From a virus, in IMG/VR virus record IMGVR_UViG_3300011115_000949, positions 1 through 64,000 of that record: a stretch of 64,000 nucleotides of DNA; one strand, written 5' to 3'. A program made the translations under genes and the position numbers. Position 1 is the first letter of the stretch, and each line of letters starts with the position of its first letter. Under the pieces are notes generated by a model. The model did not search any database. It was given only the letters and a program-made list of their open reading frames with translations, and was not told the DNA's origin. Below, one piece after another: positions 29,798-40,600 of this stretch.

Positions 29798-30744
29798 AAA
29801 TCTGACCAATCTGCTGTTGATTTTGCATAACTTGTTACTCTACCTGCAAAGAAATCTTGATGTGTTTTACCACTTGTTAAATGACCAAACCATTCCATTT
29901 GCTTTAATAAATTAGGATCAATGTCATTATAAATTGCTTGATATCCTAATTCAACTAACTTTTCGTTTGCTCTTGCTTTAATAAATGCTTTTAATTGTTC
30001 TTTATTTAAACCATCAATATCACCCATTTCAAATGCTTTTTCAATAAAATCAAATTCTAATTTTACTGATAATTCACATGCTTCAACTATTTTAGTTCTT
30101 AATGTTGGGGTGTTTAATTCAGGTTGTTCTTCTAATAATTTTCTAAATAACCAACATCCTGCTTTTGAATGTAATGATTCATCACGTACACTCCACTCAA
30201 CAATCTGACCTGTACCTTTCATTAAATTACGCAATTGAAAACTCATTAATACAGCAAATGATGAAAATAAATTTACACCTTCAGTAAATGCTGAAAATAT
30301 AGCTAATGATAGTGCTTTTTCTTCTATTGTAGTGCCAGGTACTTCAATTAAACGTTCTATTTTATTTTTAGATGTTTCATCTTCCATAAAAGCAGCAAAA
30401 TCATCTAAACCTAATTCTTCATTTAAACGAGCATATGCTTCAGCATGTATTGATTCAAAATCAGCAAATACACGAGCCATTGCTTGTACTTCTGGTTTTG
30501 GAAACCATACTGATACTTTTGTTGACCAATAGTCGTTAACATGTACTTCTGTTTGAGCAAATGATTTTAATATGTTTCCAATTAAATTCTTTTCAGGTTC
30601 GCTTAATTTTAATTTCCAATCGTTTAAATCAGAAGCTAATGGTACTTCATCTGCTAACCAATGTGCTCTGTGTTGGTCTTTGTAAAAATTAAACGCGTCT
30701 TGATATTCAAACGGTTTATAATAAATTCGTGGTTCGGTTATCAT
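29794..30744 (-). CDS. nrdB: Class I ribonucleotide reductase beta subunit
   Basis: W...EV, ESIHAEAY, EGVNLFSSF, DESLH, DFF.GRVTSY. Confidence 0.95.
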   Translation of the reverse strand: MITEPRIYYKPFEYQDAFNFYKDQHRAHWLADEVPLASDLNDWKLKLSEPEKNLIGNILKSFAQTEVHVNDYWSTKVSVWFPKPEVQAMARVFADFESIHAEAYARLNEELGLDDFAAFMEDETSKNKIERLIEVPGTTIEEKALSLAIFSAFTEGVNLFSSFAVLMSFQLRNLMKGTGQIVEWSVRDESLHSKAGCWLFRKLLEEQPELNTPTLRTKIVEACELSVKLEFDFIEKAFEMGDIDGLNKEQLKAFIKARANEKLVELGYQAIYNDIDPNLLKQMEWFGHLTSGKTHQDFFAGRVTSYAKSTADWSDL

Positions 30745-30750
30745 AAATTA

Positions 30751-32124
30751 CTATTTATTCAGTGCAAAAAATTGTTTAGCTAAATATTCCTTGTCTAAGT
30801 TATCTAATCCTATCTCTGTTTTAGACTGTTTGGGTCTAACGTTTTGTGCGTCTTCTTCCTCTTCAGTCATTTCATTTAATATATCTATATGTCCTGTAGA
30901 TGTATCTACCTTAGCATTAAAGGTCATTCCATCCATTCCATATCGGTTCTTCATAATATGAAACCTTCCAGTTCCGTTAACTTTATCCTTTTTCTGTCTT
31001 GATAAAGACATTGCAAAATCCGCGATCATAATTTTATCGTAGGATCCTGCAGCTTTATCGCCTTCTATAATATTATCTTTTGCGCCAGCTCTATTAACCT
31101 GTGACACGCTCCATACTGGAAGCTTAAGTTCACGAGCTAATCCCTTGGTACTAGTATAAATATCATCTATTTCCTCTTTACGTTCACCATTTCTTCTTTT
31201 TGATGAAAGAAGGTCAACATAATCTATAATAACTAAATCTGGTTTGAAATCTAAATCTATACACTTTTTAATGTGAGATTCTATGGTAGACATCGATGCT
31301 TTTCCCATTGGGTATTCTTTTACAATAAGTTGACCGGGAAGATCAGATGTAGCGTCTACTACTTTTTCTTTATTTACTTTTAATTTATCTACGGATATAC
31401 GAGTAAAGAAAGCATCATATCGTTTTCCCACGTATCCTTCACTTAATTCTAAAGTATAATGTATTACGTTATATCCTAAACTAACAGCATGTGCTCCTAA
31501 TGCAATAAGTGTCCAAGATTTACCCCCACCCGGATTTCCGAATATTAATCCAAAATCACCTTCACCTAATCCACCTTGTAACATTTCGTTAAACATCGGC
31601 CAAGGTGTAGGTACTGGAGAGCGGTCTTCGTCTCTATAACGAGATTCAATGTCTTTGTTGTATTCGTGGCCTATATTTTTGTCTTGACCTGAACGTAAAG
31701 CGCTGTCAATTAATAGTCTAATAGAATCGTAGTTACCTGCTTTAAGTAAATCTACCGAATTTAAAAGCGCTTTTTTTAATTGTTGGTTTTTACAAAAATT
31801 AGTAAACTCTTCTTTTACATAAGTTAAGTCAGTTTCGTCAGATGCTTTATAAGCTTCTTTTAGTTGTTCTTTAATTGAAACCTGAAGTACATCGTTTTCG
31901 ACTTTCTTCATTTCGGTTTTAAGAACATCCATAGTAGGATTGGTGTGGTATTTTATATAGTATTTTAATACCTCATTTACAATCCATTTGTGGGCTGTAT
32001 TACTAAAATATTCGTCTATAAGAATATCATTTACGTTTTGTAAAAATGGTTTATCTGTTAGTAATGCAGAAATAACCTTTGTTTGGAAACCAATTCCATA
32101 ATTTTCAATACTCTGTAATGTCAT
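30751..32124 (-). CDS. Replicative DnaB-like helicase (T4 gp41-like)
   Basis: GNPGGGKS, TLEL, IIDYVD, SQVNR, KNRYG. Confidence 0.93.
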   Translation of the reverse strand: MTLQSIENYGIGFQTKVISALLTDKPFLQNVNDILIDEYFSNTAHKWIVNEVLKYYIKYHTNPTMDVLKTEMKKVENDVLQVSIKEQLKEAYKASDETDLTYVKEEFTNFCKNQQLKKALLNSVDLLKAGNYDSIRLLIDSALRSGQDKNIGHEYNKDIESRYRDEDRSPVPTPWPMFNEMLQGGLGEGDFGLIFGNPGGGKSWTLIALGAHAVSLGYNVIHYTLELSEGYVGKRYDAFFTRISVDKLKVNKEKVVDATSDLPGQLIVKEYPMGKASMSTIESHIKKCIDLDFKPDLVIIDYVDLLSSKRRNGERKEEIDDIYTSTKGLARELKLPVWSVSQVNRAGAKDNIIEGDKAAGSYDKIMIADFAMSLSRQKKDKVNGTGRFHIMKNRYGMDGMTFNAKVDTSTGHIDILNEMTEEEEDAQNVRPKQSKTEIGLDNLDKEYLAKQFFALNK

Positions 32125-32131
32125 AACTTAT

Positions 32132-33178
32132 TTATTTTGCTTTATTATATCTGTCTAATATTGTCCAATTGTTTCTAAGCCAAAATTCAATATCCTTTAA
32201 AATATTACCTAATCCATCTTCATGATACATTTTAACAAATGAAGGAATATCTAATTTGAATGGAGCTGCTTTCATATACTCTAATATATAAGCTTTTTCT
32301 GCTTCATCAAGCATAGGATTTTCTAAATCCATAACTTTTTTATTTCTTTCTATATTTTCAAAATCAAATATGATTCGAGAATATATAAGATGTTCTTTAT
32401 GTTTTGCTTCACAAATAGAAAATATCTTGTCTAATGTAATTTTTTCATCACCAAACAATTCAGGGAACATTTTAGGTAATTTTTTAGGACCTAAACCTTT
32501 TACCCCTGGTATTTTGTCTGATCCATCTCCAGTTAATGTTTTAAGCATTAAAAAATTGTATGGGTAAACACCATATTTGTCTTTAACTTTTTTAGGTGTA
32601 TAAAATTCTTTTTCTATAGCAGCATAAACAGTAATATTGTCGTCTACTAACTGTAGAAGATCTTTATCTGTAGATACAACGTATGCTTTTGTTTTGTTGT
32701 CTTTAGATATTTCCTTACTTAAAAATGCTATAATGTCGTCTGCTTCTACTTTATCTATAGATAAAACTTTAACTGGTAAGCATTGTAAGTAATGAATTAG
32801 TCTTCCTATTTGATCTGCTTTTGATTCGTTTTCTTCGTCTATGTCGTTAAATAACTCTTTAGTCATTTTAACAGCATTTCTACCTGATTTATATTCGGGG
32901 AGCAGGTTCTTCCTGTTTATGGTAGAACCCACTCCATCAAATATAACATGAATAGATGTTGGTTGTATTTGTTTAACCAGTGCACCTAACGATCTTAAAA
33001 ATCCACCTAAACCCCCAACATGCGTTCCTTGAGAATTTATATAATTTAAAACAGCAAAATTTCTAAAAAACAGATTTAATCCATCTATAAGCAAAATTCT
33101 ATTTTCTGCTTTAGGTGCAGTCTGTTTTCCATCCTCTTGAATGTTGTCAAGAAGTTTAAGTAGATCTTTATTGTTCAT
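32132..33178 (-). CDS. 5'-3' exonuclease/flap endonuclease (T4 RNase H-like)
   Basis: LIDGLN, FDG, EYKSGR, EADD, DKDLLQL, GDGSDKIPGVKGLGPK. Confidence 0.93.
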   Translation of the reverse strand: MNNKDLLKLLDNIQEDGKQTAPKAENRILLIDGLNLFFRNFAVLNYINSQGTHVGGLGGFLRSLGALVKQIQPTSIHVIFDGVGSTINRKNLLPEYKSGRNAVKMTKELFNDIDEENESKADQIGRLIHYLQCLPVKVLSIDKVEADDIIAFLSKEISKDNKTKAYVVSTDKDLLQLVDDNITVYAAIEKEFYTPKKVKDKYGVYPYNFLMLKTLTGDGSDKIPGVKGLGPKKLPKMFPELFGDEKITLDKIFSICEAKHKEHLIYSRIIFDFENIERNKKVMDLENPMLDEAEKAYILEYMKAAPFKLDIPSFVKMYHEDGLGNILKDIEFWLRNNWTILDRYNKAK

Positions 33179-34253
33179 CTTCTAGTAAAGGTATGTCTTT
33201 AACGTTTTCTTCCCAATCTGTATTGTCTTCTACTAAGTCAAAATCCGCTGATCCTAATATTTGAGACCATTCATTTGAGTGATCTTTCTTATAATTGTCA
33301 ACTGCTGATTTTTCATCAGGTATAAAACCATGAACTGTCATTGTAATAGTACCTTTAGTAGTAATACCTGTAACGTGGTTTTTATCGCATGATACTTTAG
33401 TACGTTTAGCGAATTCTACCTCTTTACCGTTTTTAGTTGCTTTGATTTTACTAGTACCACTATTTGTAATATTACCAAATGTTAATACAATTGTTGAGTC
33501 TAAAAACATTGTCTCACCGTTTTTCATTTTCATTTTAGGTTGAGACATAATTGTTTCAGCAGGTGCAACCCAAATTTTATTGATTGCAACCATTGTATTT
33601 GTGTACTGTGAACTTTCTTTACGTGATAGTGGAAAACGTTGGTTAATAAAATTACCAAACTGTTGAGACATAGCTCCTGCATTCCACATAGGATTGTTTT
33701 TATTTGCTTCTATACTCATTTTACAAGGTATAGAACCAATGCTATCCCATAGGAAACACAAGTCATAAGGTAAATTACCTTTACGCTGTTCATCTAATAG
33801 GTCAGCAATGAATTCAGCTACATCTTCAATTGTGTTTAGTGTTCCTCTATCTGCGTATAAGAAGAATCCCTTATAGTTAGTAACCTCGCCTGTTTCTTTA
33901 TCAACAACAGGTTCGATTTGAAACCCCATTTGTTGAGCATGGTTCCAACTCCACTTCATTTCCGTAATAATAAAAACAGGTAAAATTCCCATTTTCTGAG
34001 CGTTTACCGCTAGCTCTAACAACGCTGTTGTTTTACCAGTGTCGGAATGACCTCTAAGTAAGGAAATATGTCCTATAGGCGCTCCAGGGATACTAAGTAT
34101 TTCCTGGAGTGCTTTAGAGAACGGGATCCATTTCTGTTCCTTAAACTTAACGTTGTTGTTAAGTCCTTTCTTTTCCTTGAACTTATCTAATTCAAAACCT
34201 GACTTTAACTGGGTACTAACAGCGGCTGTCAACGAGGTTGATTTCTTTGCCAT
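33168..34253 (-). CDS. uvsX: RecA/UvsX-like recombinase
   Basis: Walker A GHSDTGKTT, WDSIGS, K...DKNH; adjacent to SSB. Confidence 0.85.
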   Translation of the reverse strand: MAKKSTSLTAAVSTQLKSGFELDKFKEKKGLNNNVKFKEQKWIPFSKALQEILSIPGAPIGHISLLRGHSDTGKTTALLELAVNAQKMGILPVFIITEMKWSWNHAQQMGFQIEPVVDKETGEVTNYKGFFLYADRGTLNTIEDVAEFIADLLDEQRKGNLPYDLCFLWDSIGSIPCKMSIEANKNNPMWNAGAMSQQFGNFINQRFPLSRKESSQYTNTMVAINKIWVAPAETIMSQPKMKMKNGETMFLDSTIVLTFGNITNSGTSKIKATKNGKEVEFAKRTKVSCDKNHVTGITTKGTITMTVHGFIPDEKSAVDNYKKDHSNEWSQILGSADFDLVEDNTDWEENVKDIPLLEDEQ

Positions 34254-34255
34254 AA

Positions 34256-35080
34256 TTAGTCTTCGTCTTCAAATAATTTATCAAATTTGTCTGCTTTAGA
34301 TTCTTTAGTTTTTAATTTATAATTAGTATCCTTTTTAGGTTCATCTATTACAAATGGTGCTTCTTCAGTCTCTTCTTCATCATCTACATCACTTGCATCT
34401 TCAGCATCTGGGTTTAACCAGTTTTGAAGTGTTTCTTTTAATTTGTCAAAAGACATTTTATATGTAGATTGAATTTCAAGAATGTTGGGTTGTTCTTCTA
34501 AAAATTTCTCTATATCCGCTTTGTTTGTACTGAGTGGAGATACTTTTGGTTTAATACGAATTGATGATTTTAAACCTTGACGACCACCAATATCACCTGT
34601 TATGGTTTCAACTGTAAAGTCACGACCATCTTGGATGTCTGTGTAGTCACCATAGTCTTCATCATCTGCAATACCTAATAATTGCATATAAATTTCTTTA
34701 CCAAATTCCCAAAGGCGTACACCTTTATCTTCTTCGCCACGTACAATAACGGGAGCGAATATACGCATTTTAGGTTCTAATTTTTTAGCTAACTTCCAGT
34801 TTTCTTTGTCGTTGCTTTGACGTAACTGTTTAGCAAATTCTACAATTGGATCTTTTTCACCCCAGTTAGTTAATGCATAAATAGGAAACTTAGAGAATCC
34901 ATAATGCAAAAATACTTCTTTAAACGGGTTGTTTTTGTCAAGTTTAGATGGAACGATCCTAATCTGATACTTGCCCTCTTGTTTTGGCTTCCAAAGGTAC
35001 TTACTGTAGTCTACCTTTTCTTTTTTCTGCCCTGATGTTTGTAAGGCGTTGAGTTTGTTTTTGATTGATTTTAAATCCAT
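34256..35080 (-). CDS. Single-stranded DNA-binding protein (T4 gp32-like)
   Basis: WKP...IRIVP, GVRLWEFGKEIY, GRDF, acidic C-terminal tail. Confidence 0.85.
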   Translation of the reverse strand: MDLKSIKNKLNALQTSGQKKEKVDYSKYLWKPKQEGKYQIRIVPSKLDKNNPFKEVFLHYGFSKFPIYALTNWGEKDPIVEFAKQLRQSNDKENWKLAKKLEPKMRIFAPVIVRGEEDKGVRLWEFGKEIYMQLLGIADDEDYGDYTDIQDGRDFTVETITGDIGGRQGLKSSIRIKPKVSPLSTNKADIEKFLEEQPNILEIQSTYKMSFDKLKETLQNWLNPDAEDASDVDDEEETEEAPFVIDEPKKDTNYKLKTKESKADKFDKLFEDED

Positions 35081-35109
35081 AAAATATAACTTTTAATTGT
35101 TTGTAACTA

Positions 35110-35140
35110 TAAATGTATAGAACCTTTACTTGGACGCCAA
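35110..35140 (-). promoter_or_regulatory. Bacteroidota-type promoter for the SSB-UvsX-helicase-nrd block
   Basis: Sense TTG-N20-TACATTTA; -33 element lies in palindrome ACTTGG-CGT-CCAAGT. Confidence 0.65.
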
Positions 35141-35141
35141 G

Positions 35142-35600
35142 TTAAAGCTCTACAATTTTATAAATTTTGGTATTTAACTGTTTCACTTCCCCGTGTTGAG
35201 TAAGTAATATACAATTTTTATAATGTTGCCAGTTAATTTTGTACGTTGGATCAACTACGCCCCCGTTTAGTTTTTTAATCAAATCGTTTAGGGCGTTGAT
35301 GGTATATAATGTATTTGATTCTTTTTTACGATGTACTAATATTGTGTTTGAAGGAATGCTGTCTACATTACCCTGTTCAACATTGTAAGTGATGACATAT
35401 TCATTAGTGCTCTTAACAAAAAGCACAAACATCTTATTGTACATTATACTATAAGTAGATGACAATGTCTTAATCAAGTCATCTAAATAGTTTTGCTGAG
35501 TGAAGGTAGCAAATAACCTGTTATTCATAGAATCAGTTTCGTTAATAAAATCGTACTGATTATAAATATTGGGTAGGGTTTCAAACGCGACGGGTTCCAT
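35142..35600 (-). CDS. Hypothetical protein; possible second start MNNRLF at 35528
   Basis: HRKKESNTLYTINALN block; an internal late-type motif (35562-35569) precedes the 35528 ATG. Confidence 0.65.
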   Translation of the reverse strand: MEPVAFETLPNIYNQYDFINETDSMNNRLFATFTQQNYLDDLIKTLSSTYSIMYNKMFVLFVKSTNEYVITYNVEQGNVDSIPSNTILVHRKKESNTLYTINALNDLIKKLNGGVVDPTYKINWQHYKNCILLTQHGEVKQLNTKIYKIVEL

Positions 35601-35602
35601 AA

Positions 35603-36886
35603 TTAGTTTAATGACTGCATAGAGCCATAATTTCTTCCAATTGTTAGTTTAACTTTTAAATTTTTATTATTAAATATGTGTTTTATCGAATCAATTAACT
35701 CTTCGTCTTCATCATAGTCGATTAAAATCGAATCATATGTGTAAAGTACGATTTGAGTTGACTTACCCTTCAAAAGCTTCATTATTTCCCATAATATAAG
35801 AACATTATTTGAGGTCTCCAAGTTTTGAAGCATATAATTAAAAAGCTTTTGAGGATTGATATCTTTTATATCTGTAGTGAATTTATGGCCCGAAATTGGA
35901 CATTCTATAAATCTATCGTTTGTGAACTTCGCCCACAACTCATTTACATAAGATTCAATTAATTCAAAAAATTCAATGTATTTGTATTCATTGTATATAC
36001 CTCCATACAACTGTTTAAACATTAATGTTTTAGCTTCTATTAAAGGAATATCTGCTTCACGAGCAAAGTATTGATACGGTGTTTCGTTTTTAAAATCGTA
36101 TCCAATTAGCTGAGCTGCTAATGTTGGGTGGTAAGCACTTACATCCAGTTCAATAAACTGTCCGTTTTTAGGCACAAATGCTGCTCTACATCCATTATCT
36201 TTAGTTAGCGCAGCAAAATTAATCCCATTAAAACTATTGGATGGTCTTCCAGTTGTGGTGTAGAGGTTATACTGAGTGTAAATCTTACTATTTTGTATAG
36301 AATATTGTTCATGGTTCAATTCGAAATATTTGTTAAAAATGCTCTCATTTAATTTAATGCCGTTTTTCTCAATGCCTAGGAAAACGTTAGTTAAACGGTT
36401 ATAATACTTGATATTCGCGGGTTTAATACAGTATTGTTTAATTTGGTTGTATATAAGTTCACAACGTTCATAATGTTTAACTAATGGTATGACTGTGTTG
36501 AGGTCTAATTGATCTCCAAATCGTTGATAAAAGAATTCATGTGTTGGGGTTGTTGGTTCAGGTAGTTCAGGAGATAAAAATGATACATCAATTATGTTTT
36601 TTAGTTGAAACGAATATAAAAACGATTTTCTATCTCTAACATATAATTCTTCAAATGAATTAAGTAATGAATTTACTGCTGTTTTATTAAGTGATAGTGC
36701 TTCGTTATGTTTAAGGCATAAAACATAACCTTTGTTATCGTCTGTGGGTTTAACATACAATAATGATAACTCATTTATTGCTGGGTGGGCATAGTCGTTG
36801 TAGTATATTGGTTCAACAAAAGCACGACTGTATCCGGTGTGGATAAATTCATTTAATTGTTCTGTTGTTTCAACAATATAAAACAT
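35603..36886 (-). CDS. Minimal family A DNA polymerase-like protein
   Basis: TTTGRPS...IN, motif A ELDVSAYHP, motif B AKTLMFKQLYG, motif C LYTYDSIL. Confidence 0.75.
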   Translation of the reverse strand: MFYIVETTEQLNEFIHTGYSRAFVEPIYYNDYAHPAINELSLLYVKPTDDNKGYVLCLKHNEALSLNKTAVNSLLNSFEELYVRDRKSFLYSFQLKNIIDVSFLSPELPEPTTPTHEFFYQRFGDQLDLNTVIPLVKHYERCELIYNQIKQYCIKPANIKYYNRLTNVFLGIEKNGIKLNESIFNKYFELNHEQYSIQNSKIYTQYNLYTTTGRPSNSFNGINFAALTKDNGCRAAFVPKNGQFIELDVSAYHPTLAAQLIGYDFKNETPYQYFAREADIPLIEAKTLMFKQLYGGIYNEYKYIEFFELIESYVNELWAKFTNDRFIECPISGHKFTTDIKDINPQKLFNYMLQNLETSNNVLILWEIMKLLKGKSTQIVLYTYDSILIDYDEDEELIDSIKHIFNNKNLKVKLTIGRNYGSMQSLN

Positions 36887-36897
36887 AACCTTTTACC

Positions 36898-36928
36898 TGA
36901 ATGTAATAACCTTAGTTAGGTTTCCAAA
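36898..36928 (-). promoter_or_regulatory. Bacteroidota-type promoter for the PolA-like gene
   Basis: Sense TTTG-N19-TACATTCA at the structural/replication boundary. Confidence 0.6.
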
Positions 36929-37604
36929 ATCTAAGATAATTTTCGTTAAGAAATTTATTTAAAAAAGGTAATTTAAAAGTATCCATCATGTGTTTTGTTA
37001 CATTTTTATTTATTTTAAATACTTCTTTTTCTTCTCCAGATATTATCCATTGGTATTTAATAGGAATAAATAATTCCCAAACATAAGAAGGATCTTTTTG
37101 GCTTAAACCATTATATGTATCTTTATTTATTTCTATATAATTAATTTCATTTGTTTTTTTACAAAAATATCTTGTAAATTCTCCTAATTTATAATCATCT
37201 GGGGTAGGTTTAGGGTTATAACTTGCAGGATATTTTTGTTTGGGTGGATTACTAATGTCAATATTTTTTAGTTGAAGATAATTAGATATTACTTTAACAT
37301 CTGATATATTATAATGGCCAAATGCTTCTCTATCTAAAGGGTTAGAAGCAATCGCTTCTACATCTGTTGGATAGTATGCTATTTCTACTTCATTTAAAGG
37401 AATACCATTGATAGGTGAGGATTGCTTATTAAATTTTATTAATTCTACACTAGTAGCATCTTGGGGTCCTTCCCCTGTAAAAAATTTACCGTCTGATGTA
37501 CTCCAATACTTACCAGCATACTGGTTTCCTGTTGATTTTATAATAAATTCTTGATCATTTATTGTAAACAGATTTATTTTTATTTGAGATAATGGATAAT
37601 ACAT
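36912..37604 (-). CDS. Hypothetical protein, baseplate region
   Basis: Last gene of the tail block. Confidence 0.6.
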   Translation of the reverse strand: MYYPLSQIKINLFTINDQEFIIKSTGNQYAGKYWSTSDGKFFTGEGPQDATSVELIKFNKQSSPINGIPLNEVEIAYYPTDVEAIASNPLDREAFGHYNISDVKVISNYLQLKNIDISNPPKQKYPASYNPKPTPDDYKLGEFTRYFCKKTNEINYIEINKDTYNGLSQKDPSYVWELFIPIKYQWIISGEEKEVFKINKNVTKHMMDTFKLPFLNKFLNENYLRFWKPN

Positions 37605-37606
37605 AT

Positions 37607-40600
37607 TTATTTTCTACCAACTCTTATTAATAATTTTACTAATTCTAATGTAGGCATAGAATCATTTTTAATATTTGCCCAACATCTATGAGTTATTATA
37701 CTAAGATTTTTTTCGTAATTTGGTTGTATAGGGAATACTCGTCTAAAAGTATTTTCTCCTTCCCATACAAAAGGTTTCATTCCATGTTTTTGAAACATTT
37801 CATGTATCCATGCTTCTAAAGCTTTAATTTGAGCAGGACTATATTCTTGAGCATAACCGGTTTCTCTACCCGCTGAGTCTTTACAATATGTTGAATTTTT
37901 GTAGTCTTTTCTATCACAAAGAGGCTTTAAATTCCAATCTGTCATAGCACTAATCCCATCTCCTAATGATACCATTCTGTTATTCCACCCTTTATTCATA
38001 AAATATTTTTTGGGCCCCTCAGCATCTTCTATATATTGACCTATTCCATAACTATAATGTTTAAAAACTCCTTTAACATTATCTCTTCTCAAAGCCCCAA
38101 CATTATCAATTTCAATTCCTATTCCAAATGCGTTTGCATCTCCTCCTGTAGTATTATATGAGGCTTTATCATTTGGCATTCTAAGTATTTCTCCTAACCC
38201 ATTTAAAACATATGGTGCGCCAGGAGCCCATCTAAAATTAGGTTTTCCATTTATTGGAGTTCCGTTTACAGCACACCACCCCCACCATCCCACTCCACCA
38301 AATTCACCAGAATATTGGGGAGAGTATTTAGCCCAACCTGCAGTATGATGAATTACTACTGAAGTTTTTTTATATTCTGAGGTGGTAAAAGATTTATTAG
38401 GTTGACAAATATCATAATTTGTTGCTTTTAACCAGCGTATGGGGGTACCTTGCGTATCTATTTCTGTAAACCCAGGAGATCTTTTAAGATATGATTTACA
38501 ATCAGTATTATTAACATATGTGTTTGCAGTATTAGTAGTGTTTCTACCTTGTGGTCTACTTTCTGCTGTGTTTGTTGATGGTGAAGGAGCTGTTTGAGTT
38601 GGAGTTGGGATACCAGTCGCAGTCACATTCCCCCTACCAACATCAGATGTAACATCTGTAGCTTCAATTTTTGGAACAGATACAGTTTCTATTGTAGTGT
38701 TCCATGTGTTATTTTCTATTTTATGAGTTACTCCTTTAATAATAAAATCTAAAACATCAGGATAATTTGATGGTAAAAATGAAGCATCTATTTTTAATTT
38801 TTGATATATTTTTACACCCGCTAATCCATCCATAGTTACAGATACATTTAATGGAAAAAATCCTTTACTACTAGTAGGGTTAACAGGTTTTTTCTTATTT
38901 TGTATTTCTTTTTGCAAGGTTTCATATTGTATAACTAATTGCAAATATTTTGAATACATCTCAGATGAAGAATCTCCTTCATTTAAATTATAATTATCAA
39001 AACTATCTTTCCACTTTACTTCTTCACTAAACCATTTAAAAAATCTATTTATTAAAGGTTCATTTTCTTTAAATAATGTATCTAAATCTTGTGGTTTGGG
39101 AGGAAAATCATTACTGTTTGTTTCAGTTGGATATTGTAGTTTTTCTTTAATTATAGGTTCTAAACCTTCATTCCATTTAGAAAATGCTGTAGCATCTTCT
39201 CCTACTATTGATCCATTTGCTGTTGCTCCTATAGTAATTAATGATGCTAATTGATTAGATATTTCTGTTTTTATAGATATATCTTTTATGAATCCAGCTT
39301 GAGTACCATTATCGTAATACCCCTGAACTAATAATGCTGGGGAATTATCATACTTATTTTCTTCATCAGGGTATACTCCTTTAGGAAGAGGAGTTTCATC
39401 TACAAATTGTAATTCATTAGTATTTTCAATTATATTAACACTTAAAGTGTTTATTCCTCCTAAAGCTGAGTTTATACTATCTAGTATAGTTTGAATTAAA
39501 TCAATTAATGTTAATTCATTTTTTTCATTTTTTAATTCACTCATTTTTTTTAAAACAAACCCCATATTTACATAAACATTATTTAAATTTCCTATAAGAG
39601 TTTTATTATCTTGAGCAAGATATTTAAATGAAGTTGTTGAATCATTAAGAAAAGGATAAATTTCAAGAGGTGCTTTATCTGGGTTAAGTTTATTATCAAA
39701 AAATGGATGTGGAGCTATATTAAATCCTCCTACTAGGCATATTCTTAAATCTCCTGATAATTGAGAATTATGAGTATACATAGGGATTGGTTCGTCTAAA
39801 TCTATTTTATTATCTTTATTAAATTTTACAATTTTTAAAACTGGTTCTCTAGTTTTTGAATCTATTGGGACTATGTTTTGGAGTAAAAATCTTAGCCACC
39901 CAAATTTAACGTAATATACTTGAGTTTGATCGGTTGAAAGGCTTAAATAACGCCCGGCTTTATTAAGTCTAAACCCATTATCTGTAATAAGACCTACAAT
40001 TGTTGCATATATAGTTTTTGTAAGTTGAAATCCATCTCCGTCATATCGACTTGAATTTGCTAAAAAATCAACGTTACCATCTAATTCTTGATAGTATTTA
40101 AAAAATTCATTCCCAATATAGTGACTATATCTATGTGCTGTTATCCATTCCCAATCATTATTTAATTCTTCTTCAGTAGATTTTGAAGTATCCTCAGTTG
40201 GATTTTCTTTTGTTCCAACTTTTACATTTGCTTTAAGAGATTCTACGACAGCTCCTATGCTTATTAATTTTAAATCAACATCATATGATCCATCTTTATT
40301 GTATGAAAAACTAAAGTTTTGAACTCTACCATACATTCCATCATAATTACCTCCAGATTCTTCTCTTTTTTTTTCTAATGCTTTTAATACATCATTATCT
40401 TTTTGATATGCTCTTTTTGAAAATTCTGAAGATATACTATAGTTAGGGTTTGCATTAACATTTCCAGATGAATCAATTACAATTGAATGTCCCCATTCAA
40501 GTAGCATAGGGAACCCTAATCTTAAATAAAGTATATCAATAATTTCTAATTGTTTTCTATTCCATACTTTAATATTTACACTACCATCTCTAATAGCACC

